Shown in pieces: positions 1-8,242 of a stretch of 46,564 bases of DNA. Source of the DNA: Mobula hypostoma (lineage: Eukaryota); NCBI RefSeq assembly GCF_963921235.1, contig NC_086129.1:6572001-6618564 (forward strand), written 5' to 3'. A program made the translations under genes and the position numbers. The stretch's first letter is position 1. Every line of letters starts with the position of its first letter. The notes below the pieces were generated by a model. That model was not told where the DNA came from, ran no database searches, and saw only the letters and a list, made by a program, of their open reading frames with translations.

Positions 1-59
1 GTTAAATTACAGGAAAGGTTTCTGAAAGCTGAGCCATTACTGAGAGGATGAAACTTGCA

Positions 60-375
60 AGGAAGACGGGACAGGTTGTGCATTTTCATATGGATAAGGT
101 GTTGGAATGATGAGATGGTGGAATTCAAATCAGTGGATGGACGTGACAATAAATCCGACAAGAAATTTAGTGAGGAGGATGTGGAACTCACTGGCACAGG
201 AGTGGTTGAAGCGGAACAGCAGAGATTGAATGTCATGGGTAAACTAGATAAACAGATGAGGGACCGTGGAGTTCAGAGCACTGTCGCTGGGTGTGGTGAG
301 TAGGTGGGAGGAGGCTCGTGAAGCAGGGAAATTGATAGCAGAATATGGACCGAATGGCCTGTTTATGATGGAGAA
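60..375 (+). mobile_element. Old CR1 LINE 3' remnant
   Basis: Degenerate match to the CR1 3' ends elsewhere in the window (gatgtggaactcactg..gtggttgaagc..ggaccgaatggcctgttt). Confidence 0.5.
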
Positions 376-1198
376 TGGGATGTAATCCCGTGTGAAACTT
401 ATCTGAAAAAGTAAAGAACTGGTGAAAGTTTCCGTAATCTGACGGAAACCCGATATGGAGGATAAGTCTGATGTGTGGGTCACATTTTTTGCTCTCAGTG
501 ATTGACAGAGAGACCCTCACACCCACCGCACCAGACACACTCACAGCCTGTGACTGGATTTAATGTGATAATCAAGGACACAATCAGCAGGTATGGATTA
601 TTATCAGAGTGAATCATTTCAGAGAAGATTGGATTCTGTCCTGGGACGTACAGAAGTTGTGGAAGTCCAGTTTCAGGACAGTAGCAACACTGAATAGTTG
701 TATCAATTGTCTGGTGAGTCAGTTAACTGTCAGTTGTAAATGTGTGTAGGAGCAACGCATCTGTTTTCTCTCTGCATTGTATTCTGTGCTACATGGTTAT
801 TATGGTAACTAGTCACGTGAGTGGGGGCGTGGTGAAAGGAAAAGGAAAAGGTTCGGTTTTCGGGCTTTGTTCTGGGCAGTTTTGAGCTGGGGATGGACAG
901 TTGTCATATATTTCATTGACCACTCAGTTGCAGCCTACTTTATGATTAATTAACCTGAAATTTCATGTCTTAAAGATTATCTGTTGCTGATAAAGGATCA
1001 AATATATATCTTCGACATATTGGAACGTCATTATTGGAATGATTTGATGGCGCGTCATACAATCATAACAATCTGTGTGACGTCGCCAGCAGCAGCAATT
1101 GACTTGTTAGAATTGGCCGCTGTGCTGTGTTTATTTCAAATATACCACTGTTCATTTAGTGGCCTTTGACAGAAACAAATTGAAATATAATCCCTCAC

Positions 1199-1432
1199 CT
1201 TGAGAAATATCACACTGTCTTTTTGATCCATCTGTTCCTTTATCTTTGAGATTTCCTCCTGAATAATTCCTATCTTCTTTTGAATCGCTCGAATATTTTT
1301 CTCCATTGGATTGAGAATCCTCTCCTCTTCCTCCCTGAGATCCCTGAGTAAACTCTGCTCTTTCTCAGTGATAATCTGGCGCAGTTCAGTAAACTGGGAT
1401 GCGATGTGGGTCTGAACGCTGTGTGACTGTTC
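1199..1432 (-). CDS. TRIM coding exon 3 (coiled coil, 234 bp); later exons (probably PRY-SPRY) not found in window
   Basis: CAG|GAA ... AAG|GTGAG; open frame EQSHSVQTHIASQFTELRQIITEKEQSLLRDLREEEERILNPMEKNIRAIQKKIGIIQEEISKIKEQMDQKDSVIFLK; missing from the ORF track. Confidence 0.92.
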
Positions 1433-1639
1433 CTGTCGAATGAAAAGTGAAGGTTAATTTACTGTATTGCTGTGTTGTATTTCCTTATGACATTAAGGTG
1501 ACCATTTGATCCATTAATGTCCATACTAGCTCTGAAACATTCCCATCAACCCCATTCACTCACGTTTTCCTGAAACCTATTCTCCCTATTGACCCATGAA
1601 CTCCCACCTGATTCACATACACAGTCCCCACCTTCACAG

Positions 1640-1795
1640 GGCTAATTGTAATTAACCATTCATCCAGCATGTCCTTGGGATGTGTCTGAAATTGTCGTGG
1701 TCACAGGGAGAACATGCAAACTCCACACAGACAGCACCAGAGGTCAGGATCAATCCTATGTTACTGGAGCTGCGATACTCTGCTATTCCACATTA
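1640..1795 (-). mobile_element. tRNA-derived V-SINE-like SINE fragment
   Basis: gtggtcacagggagaacatgcaaactccacacagacagcaccagaggtcaggatc: tRNA-like head and body in reverse orientation. Confidence 0.6.
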
Positions 1796-1847
1796 AAGGG
1801 AGCAAAACTTTACAGTAATATCAGAAATTCCACTCAGGAAGCCTCAC

Positions 1848-1943
1848 CTGAACTCCGGAAATCTTCTCTTTCTGTTGCTGCTCCTTTTCCTGGAAGTCTG
1901 ATTTCTTTTTTATGAGAGAGTCTAATGAAGATTTTAGTTGATC
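1848..1943 (-). CDS. TRIM coding exon 2 (coiled coil, 96 bp)
   Basis: Pyrimidine tract + CAG|GAT ... CAG|GTGAG; DQLKSSLDSLIKKKSDFQEKEQQQKEKISGVQ; a 96-bp phase-0 exon is typical of class IV TRIMs. Confidence 0.92.
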
Positions 1944-2009
1944 CTGGAAGTCAGAGAGCGAAGGAAATAGAAAAAAAACATGGATAAAAATAAACAGGCG
2001 ATCAAACCT

Positions 2010-2568
2010 GATAATACACACAAAATGATGGAGGAACTCAGTGAGACAGGCAGCATCTGTGCAGGGGAAATAAACAGTCGGTGTTTCGGGATGAGACCCT
2101 TCATTATGACTGGGAAGGAATGGGACAGAAGCCAGAATAAAAAGGTTGGGGATGAGAACCTGCTGGCAGGTGACGGGTGAGACAACGTGAGGGGGAACGT
2201 GGGGGAGGTGATGAAGTGAGAAGCTGAGAGGGGACGGGAGGAAGAGGAAAAGAGCTGGAGAAGAAGGAATCTGATACGAGAGGACAATCGACCATGGAAG
2301 AAACGGGAGGAACTGAGGCGGTTTGGGGCCCTGAATGGTGACAAGGGAGGAGGTGTAGGAGTCAGGTGTAGCACTTGTCCCGCTTCCAGGTGTCAGTGCC
2401 AGGAGGGAGATCAGTGGGGAGGAGCGAGTGGTTAAGGGCGATACAGTGCGGGAAGCGATTCCTACAGACAGCGGAGGGTTGTGGGGTGTGGGAGTCTGTG
2501 GGATGGATAGATGCTAGAATCCAGTTGGAAATGTCGAAAGTTGCAGAGAATGATGTGTTGGTTATGGA
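2010..2568 (-). mobile_element. Older Penelope-like element fragment (host of the younger insertion; resumes at 4121-4160)
   Basis: Degenerate terminal repeat (gaggaactcagtgagacaggcagcatctg..gagacccttca) and PPGT..CKR.KCYT motif shared with 3301-3522. Confidence 0.7.
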
Positions 2569-2628
2569 AGACACATCAAAGTTGCTGGTGAACGCAGCAG
2601 GCCAGGCAGCATCTCTAAGAAGAGGTAC

Positions 2629-2664
2629 AGTCGACGTTTCGGGCCGAGACCCTTCGTCAGGACT
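2629..2664 (-). ncRNA. Minimal type I hammerhead ribozyme motif (Penelope terminal repeat)
   Basis: Minus strand AGUC-CUGACGA-AGGGUCUCGGCCC-GAAA-CG-UC-GACU: stem I AGUC/GACU, core CUGANGA and GAAA, stem II GGG/CCC, GUC cleavage triplet. Confidence 0.8.
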
Positions 2665-3978
2665 AACTGAAGGAAGAGCTGGTAAGAGATTTGAATGTGG
2701 GTGGGGGAGGGAAAGATCCAAAATGATAGGAGAAGACAGGAGGGGGAGGGATGGAGCCAAGAGCTGGACAGGTGATTGGCAAAAGGGATATGAGAGTATC
2801 ATGGGATAGGAGGCCCAGGGAGTAGAGGAAATAAGGGGGTGGGGAATGCAGAGGATGGGAAAGGGTATAGTCAGAGGGACAGAGGGAGAAAAAGGAAAGA
2901 GAGAGAAAGAATGTGTGTATATAAATAAATTAAGGATGGGGTACGAGAGGGAGGTGGGGCGTTAGCGGAAGTTTGACAAGTCAATGTTCATGCCATCAGG
3001 TTGGAGGCTACCCAGACGGAATATAAGGTGTTGTTCCTCCAACCTGAGTGTGGCTTCATCTTGACAGTGGAGGAGGCCGTGGATAGACATATCAGAATGG
3101 GAATGGGATGTGGAATTGAAATGTGTGGCCACTGGGAGATCCTGCTTTCTCTGGCACACGGAGAGTAGGTGTTCAGCAAAGCGGTCCCCCAGTCTGCGTC
3201 GGGTCTCACCAATATATAGAAGGCCACATCGGGAGCACCGGATGCAGTATATCACCCCAGCCGACTCACAGGTGAAGTGTCGCCTCACCTGGAAGGACTG
3301 TCAGGGGCCCTGAATGGTGGTAAGGGAGGAAGTGTAAGGGCATGTGTAGCACTTGTTCCACTTACAAGGATAAGTGCCAGGAGGGAGATCAGTGGGGTGG
3401 GATGGGTGGGACGAATGGACAAGGGAGTCGTGCAGGGAGTGATCCCTGTGGAAAGCAGCGGGGGGGGGGGCGGGGGGCAGGGTGGATGTAGGGAAAGATG
3501 TGCTTAGTTGTGCGTTGCACACATTTTAATTCCACATCCCATTCCCATTCCGATATGTCTCTCCACGGCCTCCTCTACTGTAAAGATGAAGGCACACTCA
3601 GGTTGGAGGAACAACACCTTATATTCCGTCTGGGTAGCCTCCAACCTGATGGCATGAACATTGACTTCTCTAACTTCCACTAACGCACCACCTCCCCCTC
3701 GTACCCCATCCGTTATTTATTTATATACACACATTCTTTTTCTCTCTCTCCTTTTTCTCCCTCTCTCCCTCTCACTGTATTCCCTGCCTATCCTCTCGGC
3801 TTTCCCCTTCCCCCTTTTCCTTCTCCCTGGGCCTCCTGTCCCATGATCCTCTCATATCCCATTTGCCAATCACCTGTCCAGCTCTTGGCTCCATCCCTCC
3901 TTCTCCTGTCTTCTCCTATCATTTTGGATCCCCCCTCCCCCTCCACTTTCAAATGTCTTACTAGCTCTTCCTTCAGTT

Positions 3979-4014
3979 AGTCCTGACGAAGGGTCTCAGC
4001 CTGAAACGTCGACT
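3979..4014 (+). ncRNA. Minimal type I hammerhead ribozyme motif (inverted arm)
   Basis: AGTC-CTGACGA-AGGGTCTCAGCCT-GAAA-CG-TC-GACT; stem II AGG/CCT; predicted cleavage after C4010. Confidence 0.8.
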
Positions 4015-4184
4015 GTACCTCTTCCTAGAGACGCTGCCTGGCCTGCTGCGTTCACCAGCAACTTTGATGTGCGTTGCTTGAACTTCCAGCGTCTGCAGAA
4101 TTCCTCCTGTTGGTTATGGAGGCTCCTGTGATGATATGTAGGACAAAGGAAATGTGCCGAGTATCAAATTCGGGTTAGTTTTAC

Positions 4185-4595
4185 CTTGTAGATTTTAACA
4201 GCTTCTTTAATCGGCATGAAGCGGTGCTCTCTGTGTTCCTGCGCATCTCTACAGATCAGACAGATCAGTGTCTTGTCCGTTTCACAAAACAGCTTCAGTT
4301 CTTCCTCATGTTCCTCGCAGTGAAGTTTACTTTCCTTCCCTTTCGGATTCAGGTTTAGGTTTCGAACTTTTTCAGCCAGATTTGCAAAGGCCCGATTAAC
4401 CCTGAGGGTGCGGTCAGTAAACACCTCTCTACATTCCGGACAGGAGTTTCTCTCCTCCCTTTCCCAATACTCTGTGATACAAGAGCGACAGAAGTTGTGT
4501 CCACACTGCAGTGTAACGGGATCGGTGAAGAAATCCAGACATACGGGACAAATTACCTCCTCGGTTAAACTCTCGGCCGGTCCTGCCGAAGCCAT
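4185..4595 (-). CDS. TRIM (RBCC) E3 ligase, A33/nuclear factor 7/TRIM39-like; coding exon 1 (RING + B-box2)
   Basis: MASAGPAESLTEEVICPVCLDFFTDPVTLQCGHNFCRSC...CPEC is a C3HC4 RING; CEEHEEELKLFCETDKTLICLICRDAQEHREH is a B-box2. ATG at 4595 (AACATGG context); ends AAG|GTAAAA, 411 bp, phase 0. Confidence 0.95.
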
Positions 4596-4607
4596 GTTAA
4601 CTCCCGG

Positions 4608-4700
4608 CACTTCCTGATTCAGAATGCTTCCGCTTTCGGGGAGCTGCCGATCCCCTGCAGTACCGCGATTGTCCACTACGCGCGCTGCAGTCTCGGGAGA
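4608..4700 (-). promoter_or_regulatory. TRIM proximal promoter/5'UTR with ETS and IRF-ETS-like motifs
   Basis: Minus strand GAAAGCGGAAG (4637-4627) and CAGGAAGTG (4616-4608) in a CpG-rich stretch directly upstream of the ATG. Confidence 0.4.
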
Positions 4701-4789
4701 TGAACATGGTTTTGCTGGATGTGTTCACTGGAAATTCTGGCCATTTCTACGTTTAGTGTGGGATCAAAAACACATTAAACAGGCAACAG

Positions 4790-5000
4790 ATAAAGAAACG
4801 CGGCCATGGACTGTCTAAGCCCGGCTACGAGCGGAGAAGGGTTGGCTATATGGATAGCAACCCCATCTCGTAAAAACCTCGTGCGACAAAAATGTCAGCT
4901 GCATCTCCAAAGGCCCCATGGCTGCCATCCGGAGGACCTTCACCTGGAAGGCGATTGAAGTCGTGTGATCATCCTTTGCCCTGGACCGAGGATGAGGAGA
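4790..5000 (+). mobile_element. Short interspersed repeat, resembles RTE-family 5' UTR
   Basis: gaagggttggc..gatagcaaccccatctcgtaaaaacc motif recalled from RTE-like elements; not verifiable here. Confidence 0.3.
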
Positions 5001-5189
5001 AATTTCCCCACCCACAGTGCGGTGAATATTTGGAGTATTCTCCACAAGTTTTCTAAATTAAAAGGGCTGCTGCTGGCGGCCTGTGCCCCAGTGGGCGTGA
5101 TGGGCTGAAAAAGAAGCTGAACGGAAATGAAGCCGGAGAGAAGAGCCTGGCTCAGTCTGAGGCAGGGCTCAGGGGGGAGTTCTAAAGAC

Positions 5190-5400
5190 ATGAGAGACTG
5201 CAGATGCTGGAATCTCTGGTGAGAAACATGATGCTGGAGGAACCGAGCGGGTCAGGCAGCGTAAATGAAGAGACATGTACAATCGACTTTCCGGGTCGAG
5301 ATCCTTCATCTGGGCTGTCTCAACCCGAAATATCGATTGTCCATTTCCCTCCACAGATGCTGCCTGACCCGTTGAGTTCCTCCAGCAGCTCGTGTTTTTT
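5190..5400. mobile_element. Short palindromic element built from two inverted Penelope terminal-repeat ends
   Basis: gctggaggaaccgagcgggtcaggcagc ... gctgcctgacccgttgagttcctccagc are inverted; centre carries two opposed hammerhead half-motifs (gggtcgagatccttca / tctcaacccgaaatatcgattg). Confidence 0.75.
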
Positions 5401-5744
5401 TTTTAATCTTTCTTCAGGTCTGAAGAGAGTCAGAGTGGAGTGTAAAACCGTGGATTTGTGAACAGTGACAACAACTATTAAATTAGCTCATGCCAGGAGA
5501 ATGGGGATGTGGAGAGAATATTGTGCTGTGCAGTGATGACCGACCTGTGGCTGCAGGAAAAAGCACAGCACTGGACATTCTACGTCACAGGGTGGAAAAT
5601 GTTATATTTTTCGGCGAGGTCCTGATTTCAACAGCCCTTCGTGTGAAAAACTTCGTGACTTAACCCTTGTCCATCCTGTCTCCAATAGAAGCCCAGTCTC
5701 CCTCACTCTGGACACAGATCAGATGTTGATACTTTATTGTATCA

Positions 5745-6060
5745 AAGTAAGCAAAGAGGTGCGTGACCGTCTCGTCTCCACTGCAGTAATCTCGGGGCAG
5801 CGCTCTGTGGGAGTGATCTCCGGGCATGCAGCAAGGATCAGACTGGGAGGCCCCTCTCGCCGCCAGCCAGGTAAGGTCTTGCTGCCTGTTGGTGATCTGG
5901 TAGTGAGGTATTCTGCCGGATGGTCTGAGCTGTCTGCTCAGAAAACCACTCCACTATGTCCATCCAGTCCTTCTCCTGCAGTAACTGCAGGACATTCCGT
6001 GCTGACCACTGTCTGATGTTCTTGTGGTCAAAGCTGCTGGTCTGAAAGAACTGTAACCAA
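5745..6060 (-). mobile_element. Tx1/L1-clade LINE ORF2 C-terminal fragment (decayed)
   Basis: Manual minus-strand translation across frameshifts: FDHKNIRQWSARNVLQLLQEKD...QQDLTWLAARGALPV*...CPRDYCSGDETVTHLFA (zinc-knuckle region). Confidence 0.65.
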
Positions 6061-6124
6061 CTTCATTATCATAAGGTTCATATGGAGAAGCTTCCTGACT
6101 AAGACAGACACAGTCTCACAGGGT

Positions 6125-6380
6125 AGGGCCAGGAATGACGTTTCTCCTGGTTGGGCAGTGGAACCGGGGATCACAGCCTCAAAAGCCGAGGTCGCCTCAG
6201 CAGGAATGAGATGAGGATAAATTTCCCCTAAATTAAAAAGACATATTTAGGGGCTCGGCGATGATGGATGGGAACTTTGAAGGAAAGTGGCGCTGAGGTC
6301 AAAGATCAGCCATCTCTAATTGAGGGGCAGAACAGCGCAAGGGGCCGAACGGCAACGCCTGCTCCTGTTTCTTATTTTCT
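6125..6380 (+). mobile_element. CR1 3' end remnant
   Basis: agatcagccat..ggggccgaacggcaacgcctgctcctgtttcttattttct matches the CR1 tail at 10745-10835. Confidence 0.65.
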
Positions 6381-6759
6381 AAAGCACGAGTTTACCTTTG
6401 CGCCTTGTTCTCCCTTGGCTTTCAGCCATTCGGATTGCACAGGGCAGCGGTGAGAGCTCCGGAGATCCATCGGCAGCCGCTGCGGTTATTTCATCTCTTG
6501 TTATTTATCGCTATTTCTCCATATTTGCATTTGTACCGTTTGCTACTTTCAGCACTCTGGCTGATCTTTCACTGCCTGCTTCTGTTATGCTTACTACTGT
6601 TTACTTTTCCTGAGTATGTCCGCAGGAAAATGCTTCTCGGGATTGTATGTGGTGACTTATCTAAACTCTGATGAGAAAATTTACTTTGATCTTTGAGTTT
6701 CGGGGAACTTCCATTGATTCTGAGAACAAACTGAGACTGACATCTCCGTCTCCCGGCAG

Positions 6760-6950
6760 CAGCCCGTACTCAGACATACTCACAGCCAATCAGCGATCAC
6801 TGCTGGGAGAAGGATGCTCTCATTGGCTGAGGGGTGTCAGTGGGCGGGACGCTGAGCGCTGGAAGCGGGCCGGAGTCTGGAACCGGGACCGAGTGAGGCC
6901 GGAGACTGGGAGTTTCGGCTGCAACACCGGCCGGTCCTGAATCCTTTCGA
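6760..6950. promoter_or_regulatory. CpG-rich promoter: opposed CCAAT boxes plus GC box
   Basis: CAGCCAATCAG (CCAAT 6786-6790), CTCATTGGCTG (ATTGG 6822-6826), TGGGCGGGAC (6841-6850), possible donor CGA|GTGAG near 6892. Confidence 0.55.
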
Positions 6951-7484
6951 AGGCAGAGCTGAAGTGACTGGCGGAGATTCCGTGAGATGTTTCAGCTACA
7001 CGGAGGGCGCCCGCCCTTTCCCCGCCGAAGATCGGGGCCTGTTGTCTGGACTCGTCCCCTGCTGCTGGGAGACGGGTGCTGCCCCGCAGCGGCTGCCGAT
7101 GGATCTCCGGAGCTCGACCTCAGCACCACTTTCCTGCAACGTCCCCAGCATCGCAGAGCCCCTAAATTTGGCTTTTGAATTTAGAAAACTTGTGAAGAAA
7201 ATTCCAAATATTCGCCACAATCTGGGTGAGGAAATTTCTCCGCACCCTGTGAAACTGTGTCTGTCTCAGTCAGACCACCTCTCATTTCTCCAGTTTTGAG
7301 ACAGGCCCAGTCAGTGTAATCTCCCTGAGGACACTACCACATCCCTGAAATCAATCTGGGAAAATTCTTCATTCCCTTTATCCCATAGACTGTCTCCGGG
7401 AAGGAGACCAGACCTGTGCACAGTGTTCCATGTTGGCCCTCAAAAGGACCCCACATACCTTCAGAGGAGCTTTTTATTCTTGTA

Positions 7485-8240
7485 TTAGACCATAAAACCA
7501 TTTTCCCTATCATGTCTGCTCGCTATTTCATCATGGCTGATCCAATTTTCCTGTCTGCAGCGACAGTATCTCCTGCCGCACCCTCCACCCCGTATCCCGT
7601 TATGCCGTGACCAATCAAAAATCAATCAACCTCTGTCTTCAATATACATAATGACTTGGCCTCCCAAGCTGCCTGGGGCAAAGATTTCCACAGACTCAGT
7701 TTTCTCTGCTAAAGAAATTCCTCCTCATCTCCATTCCAAAAGGACACCCCTCTATTTTGTGGCTATGTCCTCTGGTCTTAGACCCGCCAACCAGAGGAAA
7801 CACCTTCTCCACATTCAGTCCATCACAGTCCTTCAGTATTCAATAGGTTTCAATTAGGGTACCCTTCAGTCTTCTGAATTCTAGTGAATTCAGGCCCAGA
7901 GCCAGCGAACGATTTTCATATAACAAGCCATTTAATCCTGGAATCATTTTCATGAACAGCATTTGAACCCTTTCCAGTTTCAGTTCACCCTTTCCAAGAT
8001 AAGCAACACAAAACTGCTCTCAGTACTCCAAGTGAGGCCTCACCAGTGCTTTATAAAGACTCAACATTACATCTTTGCATTTATAGTCTCATCCTCTTCA
8101 AATGAATGGTGACAACACATATGCCTTCCTCACCACAGACTCCTGCAAATTAACCTTCAGGGAATCCTGCACAAGGACTCCCAAATCCCTTTGCATCTCA
8201 GTTTTTGAATTTTCTCTCCATTTAGAAAATAGTCCAGAAC
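7485..8240 (-). mobile_element. CR1 LINE 3' fragment
   Basis: Co-linear with the CR1 3' region at 8243-9030; decayed. Confidence 0.75.
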
Positions 8241-8242
8241 TC

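Larger units (their letters stand above)
2569..4107 (-). mobile_element. Young 5'-truncated Penelope-like element with inverted terminal arm (fold-back), 13-bp TSD
   Basis: GIY-YIG endonuclease VIYCIRCSRCGLLYIGETRRRLGDRFAEH (2962-3288); ~2570-3125 is the reverse complement of ~3518-4072; flanked by TGTTGGTTATGGA at 2556-2568 and 4108-4120. Confidence 0.9.

Noticed and set aside
1-1198. Remaining TRIM exons (short linker exons, PRY-SPRY)
   Set aside because: No convincing exon found by eye; probably beyond the window's left edge.
1640-1795. tRNA gene
   Set aside because: No full cloverleaf; tRNA-like head continues into SINE body (same for 14500-14790 and 41560-41880).
4596-4676. 27-aa N-terminal extension of the TRIM ORF
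   Set aside because: Begins at a non-ATG codon; MAS at 4595 is the typical TRIM start.
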